Shown one piece after another: positions 1 to 9,777 of a stretch of 64,000 bases of DNA. The stretch is from Candidatus Kapaibacterium sp. (GTDB taxonomy: Bacteria; Bacteroidota; Ignavibacteria; Kapaibacteriales; UBA2268): the NCBI GenBank assembly GCA_963665665.1, contig OY762428.1, positions 2,240,001 through 2,304,000 on the forward strand. Direction: 5' to 3'. Made by a program: the position numbers and the translations under genes. Position 1 is the first letter of the stretch. Each line of letters starts with the position of its first letter. The notes beneath the pieces are model-generated. The model was given only the letters and a program-made list of their open reading frames with translations, did not search any database and was not told the origin of the DNA.

Positions 1-81
1 AAAAGCCATAGTATTTGATAAATAATCCGGCATTATTATTTAACATGACAACAAATATTAGTTTAATAAAAAGGTTTTAAT

Positions 82-789
82 ATGGAAGGCTTACTTGAAT
101 TCGCAAAAGGGCCCCTGTTCAGATTTACCTTCGGGATAATGGCTCTCGGCCTTATCAGGATTTTCTTCCTGCAGGTCTATAACGGCTTTGAAGCCAAAGG
201 AAAGGCGAAAGAAAAGAAACTGCCAATGAAATATGTCAGGAAACATACTTTCGGGAACCTCTTCCTGTACCGGTCAATCAGAACAAGGCCGGTTTACAGC
301 CTGGTTTCAATTTTATTCCACGCAGGGCTGCTGCTGACACCTTTATTCTTATTCGACCACCTATTGCTGTTTGATAATGCAATTGGTTTTGCATGGCTTG
401 GGCTTTCCCTGCCTAAAGGTGCAGCCGATTTTCTTACAATATTAACTATTATTACAGCCGTGCTGCTAATTATTTTCAGGATTTCAGGCCCCACTTCCAG
501 AACTCTCAGCAGAAAGCAGGACTACCTGTGGCCGCTGATACTTATTGTACCATTTATTACAGGCTACGTTTGCGCCAACAGCGCTGTTTCTCCCGGAGCT
601 TATAACTCATTCATGCTGGTACACATACTCAGCGCAGAGATTATTTTTCTGCTGCTGCCATTCACAAAAATCGCACACTGCGTTCTGATGCCTATCAGCC
701 AGTGGGTTACTGCAAGGGCATGGAAATTCCCGCCTGAAGCCGGCGAAGAAGTAATTGTTACACTTGGTAAGGAAGGAGAAAAAATATGA
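82..789 (+). CDS. NarI/HmcE/TmcC-family membrane cytochrome b subunit
   Basis: About 5 hydrophobic helices with His residues placed as heme b ligands (FHAGLL, DHLLL, VHILS, PFTKIAH). It overlaps the next gene through ATGA. Confidence 0.8.
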   Translation: MEGLLEFAKGPLFRFTFGIMALGLIRIFFLQVYNGFEAKGKAKEKKLPMKYVRKHTFGNLFLYRSIRTRPVYSLVSILFHAGLLLTPLFLFDHLLLFDNAIGFAWLGLSLPKGAADFLTILTIITAVLLIIFRISGPTSRTLSRKQDYLWPLILIVPFITGYVCANSAVSPGAYNSFMLVHILSAEIIFLLLPFTKIAHCVLMPISQWVTARAWKFPPEAGEEVIVTLGKEGEKI

Positions 790-1613
790 AAGCCATCCTG
801 ACCGATATAACTAAATGTATTGGCTGTACCGAATGTGTCAGCGCCTGCAAAATGGTCAATGAATTACCTAAAGATGCTCCGAGGGTCTGGCAGAAGAATG
901 ACGGGCTATCGGCTAACAACTGGACTTCAGTACTGCATAACGGTAAATACAATGTCCGCAAGCAGTGCCGCCATTGTATCGAGCCTGCTTGTGAAAGTGT
1001 CTGCCCCGTGGGAGCGCTTCATAGGACTGATTCCGGCGCTGTGGTTTATGACAGCCATAAATGCCTTGGCTGCCGCTATTGCATGATGGCATGCCCCTAC
1101 GGCATCCCGCGTTATAACTGGGACAGCCCGGTACCCTATATTAAAAAATGTATTCTCTGCTACGATAATATTAAAGCAGGAAAAATCGACCAGCCTGCCT
1201 GCACTTCGGTTTGCCCCACAAAAGCAACTATTTACGGCGATCGTGACGATCTGCTGAAAGAAGCCTGGAGCCGCGTTAAAGCCGAACCGAATAAATATGA
1301 GCAGCATGTGTATGGCGAGAAAGAAGTTGGCGGTACCAACGTTCTTTACATTACAGCCAAAGATTGTCCCCTGGACTTCCTTTTCTATTATAATAACAGT
1401 ATTGAAAAAGATATGGATCTTGCCGGAATGCCTTCCCCGACAGACCCTATGCCCGGAACAACGAAATGGGCCATGGGAGCTGTTCCTTTTGCATTCATTG
1501 GAATGGGGGCTGTAATGGCAGGATCATATTTCCTCTTCAACAGGAAAAAGCAGATTGAAGAAGAAACCAAATCGGAAAATGAAGAGAAGGAGGAAAACAA
1601 TGAGCAGAATTAG
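786..1613 (+). CDS. 4x[4Fe-4S] electron-transfer protein, HybA/HmcB-like, with C-terminal membrane anchor
   Basis: Motifs CIGCTECVSAC, CRHCIEPACESVCP, CLGCRYCMMACP and KCILC...PACTSVCP, plus HVYGEKEVGGT and a C-terminal TM helix. Confidence 0.9.
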   Translation: MKAILTDITKCIGCTECVSACKMVNELPKDAPRVWQKNDGLSANNWTSVLHNGKYNVRKQCRHCIEPACESVCPVGALHRTDSGAVVYDSHKCLGCRYCMMACPYGIPRYNWDSPVPYIKKCILCYDNIKAGKIDQPACTSVCPTKATIYGDRDDLLKEAWSRVKAEPNKYEQHVYGEKEVGGTNVLYITAKDCPLDFLFYYNNSIEKDMDLAGMPSPTDPMPGTTKWAMGAVPFAFIGMGAVMAGSYFLFNRKKQIEEETKSENEEKEENNEQN

Positions 1614-3492
1614 TAAAATTAAAACAGTATTATGGATTATTCTAGGCGTAGCAGCTGCTGTTGGCATTACCCGTTTCATTTACGGTTTGGGTGCAACAAC
1701 CAATATGACAGACAATACCCCATGGGGTTTCTGGATAGGATTTGATGTTATGGGCGGTGTTGCTCTTGCTGCCGGAGGCTTTGTAATTGCAGCGCTGAAC
1801 TATATTTTCAAGATAAAAGCTTTCCATCCAATTGCAAGAGCTGCTATCCTGACAGCATTCCTCGGCTATATAGCTGTTGCGGTAGGGCTTTTGTTCGATC
1901 TGGGCCTTCCCTGGAATATCTGGCACATGATAATATTCTGGAATCCGCATTCTCCACTGTTCGAAGTGGGCTGGTGCGTAATGCTTTACCTGTCGGTACT
2001 GTTCCTGGAATTTGCCCCGGTAATACTGGAAAAATTCCCGAATATACCGCTATTGCAGAGTATTTACAATTTCCTTAATAAGATCAAGATTGGAATCGTA
2101 ATATTAGGCATCATGCTTTCAACTCTTCACCAGAGTTCACTCGGAAGTTTGTTCCTTGCCATGCCTTATAAACTTCACCCCTTATGGTATTCGCCGATCA
2201 TCCCGATTATTTTCTTTGTATCGGCTATTTGCCTCGGGCTGATGATGGTAATGTCCGAAAGTATGGCCTCTTCATATCTTTACAAAAAAGAACCCGAACG
2301 CGAAGTTGTTAGCAAAATAAGCAAATTTGCAATATTCATGCTTATATTCTATACAGTTCTTCGTTTTGCTGATATTTTATTCAGGGGTGCGGGAGTATTC
2401 CTGTTCGACGGATCCACAGCATCATTCCTGTTTTGGGGTGAAATAATGTTGTCAGTAGCAATTCCTCTGATAATATTCTCACTTCCGGCAGCAAAAGAAA
2501 AAGTATCATTATTGTTCACAGGTTCGGCAATTGGTGTTCTTGGTGTTGTGTTCAACAGGTTGAATGTTGGCGGGCTTACACACCTGAATAACCTTACAGG
2601 CGCCGGAGACTTCTACTTCCCTGCATGGACAGAGCTGTTTATTTCAGCCGGTGTAGTATCCGGGGCAGCTTTGGTATTCTTCTTCTTTATCGAGAATTTC
2701 AAAGTTTGGGAAGAGCCGCCGGTTGATCCTGAAGAGCTTCCCGGAGTTAAACCAAAATTTAATACCAATCGGGTTTATTACGGCGCTCCGAAAGTAGCGA
2801 ACCGTACGGTATTCTCTTTTGCTTTTGTTGTTGCCTTTGGTTTTGGGTTTGCATTCATGTCCGGAAATAAAATTGACTCGGAAGGATTTGAAACTGTTGA
2901 AGCAACAAATGCCAGGGGAGATGTTAATGCTGTTCTTTTCATTGACGGAAATAAAGACGGCTACGGCGTAAATTTCAAGCACGGAAGCCACGCAAACGAC
3001 ATGGACAGCCTGAAAGCATGGGTGCAGAACTGTGCTTCGTGCCACCACATGAATAATCCTGATGATGAAAATTCCACCTGTGAGCAGTGCCACAGCATGA
3101 TGTACACTCCGGGGGATGCTTTCCGCCACGACTGGCATGCATCATCTGACGGCGGCAACCTGAAATGCTTCGACTGCCACGAAGAAGGCATGTATAAATC
3201 ATCAGCCAATGCCAAGGGTTGCGAATCCTGCCACGACAATATGATAGCAGAAGGCTCAACTATTAAAGTTGAACAGTATAAGACACTATCGTATGTGGAT
3301 GCAATGCATAAGCTTTGTATCGACTGCCACGAACAGGAATTGGCAAATAGGCCGGACCTGAAGGCAAGTAAGCCGGGCCTTGCAACCTGCCAGAACTGTC
3401 ATCCGGACGCGCAACCTCATAAATACGTTAAAAAATTGTTCGAGAAGAAGCAGGCCAACCGCTGGGTGGTAATACCTTCGCGAATGAAATAA
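1600..3492 (+). CDS. NrfD/HybB/HmcC-family integral membrane subunit fused to a multiheme (class III-like) cytochrome c domain
   Basis: Motifs PWGFWIGFDVMGGVALAAGGF, SPLFEVGWC and LSTLHQSSLGSL. The C-terminus has six CxxCH motifs (CASCH, CEQCH, CFDCH, CESCH, CIDCH, CQNCH). The start was moved to ATG 1600, which follows AGGAGG. Confidence 0.88.
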   Translation: MSRISKIKTVLWIILGVAAAVGITRFIYGLGATTNMTDNTPWGFWIGFDVMGGVALAAGGFVIAALNYIFKIKAFHPIARAAILTAFLGYIAVAVGLLFDLGLPWNIWHMIIFWNPHSPLFEVGWCVMLYLSVLFLEFAPVILEKFPNIPLLQSIYNFLNKIKIGIVILGIMLSTLHQSSLGSLFLAMPYKLHPLWYSPIIPIIFFVSAICLGLMMVMSESMASSYLYKKEPEREVVSKISKFAIFMLIFYTVLRFADILFRGAGVFLFDGSTASFLFWGEIMLSVAIPLIIFSLPAAKEKVSLLFTGSAIGVLGVVFNRLNVGGLTHLNNLTGAGDFYFPAWTELFISAGVVSGAALVFFFFIENFKVWEEPPVDPEELPGVKPKFNTNRVYYGAPKVANRTVFSFAFVVAFGFGFAFMSGNKIDSEGFETVEATNARGDVNAVLFIDGNKDGYGVNFKHGSHANDMDSLKAWVQNCASCHHMNNPDDENSTCEQCHSMMYTPGDAFRHDWHASSDGGNLKCFDCHEEGMYKSSANAKGCESCHDNMIAEGSTIKVEQYKTLSYVDAMHKLCIDCHEQELANRPDLKASKPGLATCQNCHPDAQPHKYVKKLFEKKQANRWVVIPSRMK

Positions 3493-3511
3493 TACTCGGT
3501 ATAATAATTTT

Positions 3512-3549
3512 AAAAGCCCGGCAGGAATCATCCCGCCGGGCTTTTTTTT
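3512..3549 (+). terminator. Rho-independent terminator
   Basis: Hairpin AAAAGCCCGGCAGG...CCCGCCGGGCTTTTTTTT after the redox operon. Confidence 0.9.
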
Positions 3550-3742
3550 AAGTGATCAACATATAAATAATTTCAAAAATCAATAACGCATCGCTTTCTT
3601 ACCATTTTCAACCACCATCATCACCGGATTGTTCCGGCTGCATTAATTGAAAAACTCCCCAATATTTGAACGAATGCAAGTAGTAACAATCCTATGAATT
3701 AAATATATTTATTATTAAATCAAAGAGATTCTAATAATTCCA

Positions 3743-3845
3743 AAGTTGTGTAGCTGCAGCATTTTTGTAGCTCAATTTTTACGAACGATAACAATAAGCC
3801 CAGTGGGGACGGCATAGATAATGTTTTGTGGCTCCTACGGAGTTG
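3743..3845. repeat. Degenerate GTAG-type REP-like palindromic cluster
   Basis: Segments TGTAGCTGCAGCAT..TGTAGC, AGCCCAGTGGGGACGGCAT and TGTGGCTCCTACGGAGTT resemble arms of CTCCGTAGGAGC-type palindromic repeats. Confidence 0.45.
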
Positions 3846-4127
3846 AAAATAACGCAGATGCAGGCAGGTGAAATCATGGCAGGGAAGAGGGGCGGCCAAA
3901 CCATACCACTATCTATTTCAATAACTGTTCCATGTATACGCCACAATCTTCTACGATTGTCGGCAATAAAACACTGCCTGAGACTGCAGATTAATAATAT
4001 AAAAACAAAATCGTTATTATTGATAATTGAATGTGTTTAAAAGTATGCAGCAAAATTAAGCAACAGCCATATTTCAATTAAATATTTATGAGTTTAGAAT
4101 AATTTTTTTATTTTAAACCCTGAAACT

Positions 4128-5777
4128 ATGATAAAGAAAAATTTCGACATATTGATAATTGTTTTCCTTTCTTCGATTTTTGTACTTTCGGGTAAGGATC
4201 TAAGCCTGAATACTTTTAAAAGTATTGGCGGTGATGCTTTTATGAAGCATGTTTCTTTTCTTGGCTCGGACTTGCTGGAAGGGCGGGGTACCGGCAGGCA
4301 GGGATGCGAACTGGCAGCAAAATACCTGGCACTGGAAATGAGTAATATTGGCCTTGAACCTGCCGCAGCCAATGAAACCTATTACCAATATGTACCGATG
4401 CACGGAAGCAACCCCGGAAGCAACTCAGAGCTAAAGTTATTTTATAAGGGAAATGAAAACGATCTGAAGCTCTGGGATGATTATGTTTTATACCAGACAG
4501 GCGACCAAACCTATATCCCCAATCCTATTGAAATTGTTTTTGCCGGTTATGGTATTGTAGCGCCGGAATTCGATTATAACGATTATCTTTCTGTGGACGT
4601 TGACGGAAAAATTGTAATGATACTTGAAGGTGAACCATATTCCGAAGATCCTGAATATTTTAATGGTACAACTCCTTCAATATACGATTATCCGGAAACC
4701 AAGCAAAGAATTGCCCTTGCCAGGGGAGCAAAGGGAGTGGTGTTTATTCCAAACATCACATCCGCAGGCATTATACACTGGAAAAGCATGGTAAATAGTT
4801 TTTCATTCGAAAATGTAACACTTGCATATTCGGTTTCTTCCCGCCTTGCATTGATAATTAATCCCATAAAAGCGGATTTATTCTTAAAAGGTTCGGGATA
4901 CTCTGTTAACGATATTTACAAAATGCACACAGAAAATCGCCTGAAAAGCTTCCCGCTAAAAACCAGCTTGTCATTCAAAGGTGAATTTAAAAGAAGAGAC
5001 TTTGTGTCCTCGAATATTGTAGGTATGATACAAGGCACCGACAGGAGAATGCGGGACGAATATCTGATACTTAGCGCTCATTATGACCATCTCGGTATCG
5101 GGCCTGCAATACTGAGCGATTCGATTTATAACGGAGTAATGGACAATGCTGTCGGGGTTGCAGCCATACTCGAAATAGCACGTTTTTTCATGACAAACAA
5201 ACCCAGGCGCTCAATAATTTTTATTCTTACTACCGGCGAGGAAAAAGGCCTGCTCGGAGCGCGATATTACACTGACAATCCTATCGTTCCGCTGCACAAA
5301 ACAATAGCCAATATTAATATTGACGGCCTGGCATTCCTTGATAAAATAAAAAGTATTATTGCTATTGGCAGCGAGTATTCCTCGTTTGACGATTTCCTGA
5401 TAAAAGCGGCAGACCTGAACAATGTGAACATAACACAAATCCCCGGCGAATTTGTTCAAACGGAATCTTTCAACTTCTCTGACCAGATGGCCTTTGCCAC
5501 TGCAGGAATACCTTCTATATTAATATACGAGGGGGCAGATTATGAAAATCTCAGCAGGGAAGAAGGCCTGGAAGAACTTATCAACTACAGCAGGAATATT
5601 TACCATACACCGTTCGACGACCTGGATCAATTTATGAATCTTGAATCCACCTTTCAACATATTCGAATTATTGCCACAATTGCATATCTTGTAGCAAATT
5701 CCAATGAAAAACCAAAGTGGATTGATGGTTCACCATTCGTGAATGAAAGACTAAGAACAATTGCCGAAAAGAGATAA
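4128..5777 (+). CDS. M28 family metallopeptidase with PA domain
   Basis: Signal peptide and motifs EGRGTG, VFAGYGI, SAHYDHLG, GVMDNAVG, GEEKGLLG, SDQ and YHTPFDD. Confidence 0.92.
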   Translation: MIKKNFDILIIVFLSSIFVLSGKDLSLNTFKSIGGDAFMKHVSFLGSDLLEGRGTGRQGCELAAKYLALEMSNIGLEPAAANETYYQYVPMHGSNPGSNSELKLFYKGNENDLKLWDDYVLYQTGDQTYIPNPIEIVFAGYGIVAPEFDYNDYLSVDVDGKIVMILEGEPYSEDPEYFNGTTPSIYDYPETKQRIALARGAKGVVFIPNITSAGIIHWKSMVNSFSFENVTLAYSVSSRLALIINPIKADLFLKGSGYSVNDIYKMHTENRLKSFPLKTSLSFKGEFKRRDFVSSNIVGMIQGTDRRMRDEYLILSAHYDHLGIGPAILSDSIYNGVMDNAVGVAAILEIARFFMTNKPRRSIIFILTTGEEKGLLGARYYTDNPIVPLHKTIANINIDGLAFLDKIKSIIAIGSEYSSFDDFLIKAADLNNVNITQIPGEFVQTESFNFSDQMAFATAGIPSILIYEGADYENLSREEGLEELINYSRNIYHTPFDDLDQFMNLESTFQHIRIIATIAYLVANSNEKPKWIDGSPFVNERLRTIAEKR

Positions 5778-5785
5778 GGCCTGCT

Positions 5786-7174
5786 ATGAAAATTATATCG
5801 ACTTTATTCTTTTTCTTACTTTATCTGACAACTGCTAATGCACAGAATGATTTACAATTCAAAAACCTGGTAACAGATATTGATACCCCTTGGGAAATCC
5901 TTTGGGGCCCTGATGATCATATCTGGATGACAGAGCGCTATGGCAGGATCAGCAGGATCAATCCTGAAAATGGCAACCTGATACCACTGCTGACAATTGA
6001 TGATGTATTTGAGGAAGGTGAAAGAGGCTTGCTGGGAATGGCATTGCATCCGGATTTCAGTTCCAACCCATTTGTATATGTTGTATATACATACAAAGGA
6101 GGCCCAACAGGAACCTTCGTAAAAATGGTTAGATATAAATACACAGGCGAAACCCTTATCGAACCGCTTATACTTATAGATGAAATTGAAGGCTTCTGGA
6201 ATCATGACGGTTCGCGCCTGCTGTTCGACGCGGACAACAAACTATACATGACAATGGGTGATGCCAACGTACATATAAATGACTCGCAGGACATTAACTT
6301 TCTACAGGGAAAAGTGCTAAGAATTAATCCCGACGGAACAATACCCGATGATAATCCTTTTCCGGACAGCCCTGTATGGTCCTGGGGCCACAGGAATCCG
6401 CAGGGGCTTGTATACGGTAACGGAATTTTATACAGTTCCGAGCATGGCCCTTCGGACAACGATGAAGTTAATATTATCCACAAAGGCAGAAATTACGGAT
6501 GGCCGAAAGTACGTGGCTATTGCGACAAACCTGAAGAAGAACAATTTTGCATAGATTCTAATGTGGTAGAACCGATTTTATCTCTTTATCCTACTTATAC
6601 ACTGGCTGTTTGTGGAATGGATTATTATAATCACGGCCTTATCCCTGAATGGAACAACTCTTTGCTGCTTACAACCCTGAAAGCTAAAACCCTTGTTTCA
6701 ATAAAACTCAGCGATAACGGTAATGAAGTTGTAAGCCATGAGCATCATTTCGTTAAGGAATTCGGACGTTTAAGAGATATTTGTATATCCCCTGATGGCA
6801 GGGTTTATATTGCAACAAGCAATAGAGACCAGACAAACTCCGGTCAGCAATTGGACGACAGGATCATAGAAATCAGCAAGTCGGTGGGTACAAGTGAAAG
6901 AATAAATGATAAAAACTGCTTCTCGGTAGAGCATATACCCGCTTCTGAAAGCCTGCAAATTCAGACTTGCAGTATTATTCAGGGCAAAGGCATATTGAAT
7001 GTATTTGATACAAGAGGCAGCCTGATCAGTTCAACGGACATTTCATTTGGCCAAAACAATAATTCCCGGATAATAAATTACAATCCAAAACCAGCAACCG
7101 GAGTATATATTGCAGAGTTGATAACCGATAAGGAAATCTACAGGAAATCATTTTTAATAATTAATTTTAACTAA
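5786..7174 (+). CDS. PQQ-dependent glucose/sorbosone dehydrogenase family protein with T9SS-type C-terminal domain
   Basis: Motifs PWEI, GLLGMALHPDF, GKVLRINPDGTIPDDNPF, SWGHRNPQG, EHGP and GRLRD. The C-terminus reads VFDTRG...GVYIAEL. Confidence 0.88.
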   Translation: MKIISTLFFFLLYLTTANAQNDLQFKNLVTDIDTPWEILWGPDDHIWMTERYGRISRINPENGNLIPLLTIDDVFEEGERGLLGMALHPDFSSNPFVYVVYTYKGGPTGTFVKMVRYKYTGETLIEPLILIDEIEGFWNHDGSRLLFDADNKLYMTMGDANVHINDSQDINFLQGKVLRINPDGTIPDDNPFPDSPVWSWGHRNPQGLVYGNGILYSSEHGPSDNDEVNIIHKGRNYGWPKVRGYCDKPEEEQFCIDSNVVEPILSLYPTYTLAVCGMDYYNHGLIPEWNNSLLLTTLKAKTLVSIKLSDNGNEVVSHEHHFVKEFGRLRDICISPDGRVYIATSNRDQTNSGQQLDDRIIEISKSVGTSERINDKNCFSVEHIPASESLQIQTCSIIQGKGILNVFDTRGSLISSTDISFGQNNNSRIINYNPKPATGVYIAELITDKEIYRKSFLIINFN

Positions 7175-7329
7175 AGTTACGTCTATTTTGATTAGAAAAA
7201 TACCAATTGAAATATCAATTTATAATACTTGATATTTTTCCTTTCTTACATATTTAATAATTTTTACTGCCGCATATTTTTTCGTATCTTTTGAATTATC
7301 ACTTTGATGTTGTTCATTTCGGAGAGAAT

Positions 7330-8301
7330 ATGTCGGAATTAAAATTCAAAAGGTTCAGAAGGCTAAGGCAGAACGAGACATTAAGAAGTATGGTCAGAGA
7401 AACTCATCTGAGAAAAGAAGACCTGATATACCCATTATTTGCCTGCCCGGGTGAAAATATTAAAAACCCCGTAAAATCAATGCCGGGGGTTTTTCAGCTT
7501 TCTATTGACAATATTGTTCGTGAATGCGAAGAAGCAGCAGGGCTTGGCGTTCCGGCCGTAATATTATTCGGAATTCCATCTCACAAAGACGAGGGTGGCT
7601 CGGAAGCATTCGATGAAAACGGAATTATACAGAAAACTATAAGGGCTATTAAAAAAGAAGTACCGGAAATACTGGTTATTGGTGATGTTTGCCTGTGTGA
7701 GTATACCTCTCACGGCCATTGCGGAATACTGCACGGTGAAGAAATACTAAATGACGAAACAATATATGTTCTTGCAAAAACGGCTCTTTCACAGGTTGAA
7801 GCCGGCGCTGATATAGTTGCTCCGTCAGATATGATGGACGGGCGTGTGGCTGCCATCCGCAAGGTGCTTGATAATCACAAATACCGGAATGTTCCTATAA
7901 TGAGTTATGCAGTGAAATATGCATCGTCATATTACGGCCCTTTCCGTGACGCAGCCGAAGGAGCTCCTAAATTCGGTGACAGGAAATCACACCAGATGGA
8001 CGTTGCCAACAGTAATGAAGCCCTTAGGGAAGCTGCTGCCGATATCGAAGAAGGTGCGGATATTATCATGGTTAAGCCTGCAGGACCGTATCAGGATATT
8101 ATAAGGCGTATAAAGGACGAATTGAATATACCCACGGCAGCATACCAGGTAAGCGGCGAATATTCAATAATAAAAGCCGGGGGACAGCTTGGCTGGATAG
8201 ATGAGGAAAGAATGATGCTTGAATCCCTTACAGGCATCAAAAGGGCCGGAGCTGATATGATACTTACTTATTTCGCCAAAGAAGCAGCTAAATTGTTGTA
8301 A
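7330..8301 (+). CDS. hemB: Porphobilinogen synthase (Zn-type)
   Basis: Motifs [39 protein letters not shown] and [11 protein letters not shown] 7330 follows GGAGAG. Confidence 0.97.
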   Translation: MSELKFKRFRRLRQNETLRSMVRETHLRKEDLIYPLFACPGENIKNPVKSMPGVFQLSIDNIVRECEEAAGLGVPAVILFGIPSHKDEGGSEAFDENGIIQKTIRAIKKEVPEILVIGDVCLCEYTSHGHCGILHGEEILNDETIYVLAKTALSQVEAGADIVAPSDMMDGRVAAIRKVLDNHKYRNVPIMSYAVKYASSYYGPFRDAAEGAPKFGDRKSHQMDVANSNEALREAAADIEEGADIIMVKPAGPYQDIIRRIKDELNIPTAAYQVSGEYSIIKAGGQLGWIDEERMMLESLTGIKRAGADMILTYFAKEAAKLL

Positions 8302-8322
8302 TTTCAAATTAATTGTTGCAAT

Positions 8323-8364
8323 AAGCCTCCCGAAGTTCAGCAGCCTTCGGGAGGTTTTCTTTTT
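8323..8364 (+). terminator. Rho-independent terminator
   Basis: AAGCCTCCCGAAG-loop-CTTCGGGAGGTTTTCTTTTT after hemB. Confidence 0.85.
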
Positions 8365-8460
8365 GCAGTTGATATCAATACAAAAAGAAACAGGTTGAAG
8401 ATATTTGCCCGGAATAGTTCAGGTGATTTCTTTTATAAATTTTCGTTGATTTTGTTATGT

Positions 8461-9159
8461 TCAGCCTATTATTTCAGGATTGAATCTGTCCCGACACCAT
8501 TTTGCGGGATTGTTTAAGATATATTTCGATATGGCCTGGTATGATCTTTCATTTCGGATAATATGGTCGTAATAATTGGGTTGAAAAAAATGATTGTTTT
8601 TATTGTATTTCAGTACTTTCAAATTATTTTTATCAATATAATTATCAATTTCTGAATTGACCGCCGATTTGAAACCGCCAATAAATGTTGATATTGATTT
8701 TGGTTCCCGATAAAATGATGGATTTATAGATTTAGATTTTCCCATTGAATGTAGAGACGCACGGCCGTGCGTCTCTACATCAAATTGGCCGTGCGTCTCT
8801 ACATCAAATCGGCCGTGCGTCTCTACATCAAATTGGCCGTGCGTCTCTACGTGCGAATTATCCATTTTATCAATTTTTGTTGTATCAATTACAACGACGG
8901 CATGTAAATGATTTGGCATAATCACATATCTGTCCAAAAATAATTCATTCCGTATTTCAAATGATTTTAACCATTCGGTTCTGACAATTTGTCCAAATTC
9001 TGACAATAATATTTCACCGTCAAATATTTTCCCCAAATTACAATTCCGGTTTTGGGTAACCAATGTAATAAAATAAAAACCATTGCCAGAATAATCCCAA
9101 CCGAGCATTCTGTGTGATTTTACGCGATATTTATTTCTGTATCTGTGCGTCATGATCAT
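8461..9159 (-). mobile_element. REP-associated tyrosine transposase (RAYT, IS200/Y1 HUH family)
   Basis: Motifs WDYSGNGFYFITLVT, HUH motif VIMPNHLHAVV, SISTFIGGFKS and FQPNYYDHIIRNE...YILNNPAKW. The exact start is uncertain (9153, 9159 or 9207). Confidence 0.9.
8751..8850. repeat. Perfect 28-bp GTAG REP palindrome plus three tandem 24-bp half-copies inside the RAYT ORF
   Basis: GTAGAGACGCACGGCCGTGCGTCTCTAC at 8751-8778, followed by three copies of ATCAAAT(T/C)GGCCGTGCGTCTCTAC. Confidence 0.93.
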
Positions 9160-9221
9160 TACGGTTTCAATAATGATGTATCTACCACACGAAGAATTAT
9201 AAGACACAAGGCCGTTTGCTT

Positions 9222-9680
9222 CTACTTTACCCGCGTCCAGACAGATGTTTTTCCGAATAGCGAGATTCCGACATATCCGCGAACTTCGAGTACTTTGCCG
9301 TCCTCGCTGAGTTCCATTTTGCAGGAATAGAGCTTTCCGTCGCGCGGATTATAAATTTCGCCATCTTCCCATACGTTGTCCTCATCATATTCAAAACCTT
9401 TAAGTATCTCCAACCCGAGCAGTTTCCTTTTCTTTAGTTTTTCATCAGGATTATTATCATCAAGTTTAGGTTTCCCATTCCTGTTCGGCTCTTTAAGCCA
9501 GATAATTTTTCCGTAATATTTACCATTTTTCTTGAATATCTCAATCTTTGAATCTTTTTTATCTGTTAGCCAGGTTCCCAAAACAGCATCAGGATTATCT
9601 GCCGCCAGTACTGACATAATCGGAATAAGCAGGGCGGCTATTAGTAATGTAAGGAGAGTATTTTTTCCTGTTTTCATCAT
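9222..9680 (-). CDS. DUF2147 domain protein
   Basis: Signal peptide and motifs GTWLT, YYGKIIWL, DDNNPD, WEDGEIYNPRDGKLYSC and LEVRGYVGISLFGKTSVWTR. Confidence 0.9.
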   Translation of the reverse strand: MMKTGKNTLLTLLIAALLIPIMSVLAADNPDAVLGTWLTDKKDSKIEIFKKNGKYYGKIIWLKEPNRNGKPKLDDNNPDEKLKKRKLLGLEILKGFEYDEDNVWEDGEIYNPRDGKLYSCKMELSEDGKVLEVRGYVGISLFGKTSVWTRVK

Positions 9681-9777
9681 TTACCTCGTTGATAATGTTA
9701 AGTATGTTATATAAAATAAGAAAATTGAAGGAATAATACTATTTTTGTATGTAGTAAAAATAAACATTGTAAGTGAT

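Noticed and set aside
8751-8850. Possible mini CRISPR array
   Set aside because: The units are contiguous 24-bp tandem copies with no unique spacers, they lie inside a CDS, and there are no cas genes in the window.
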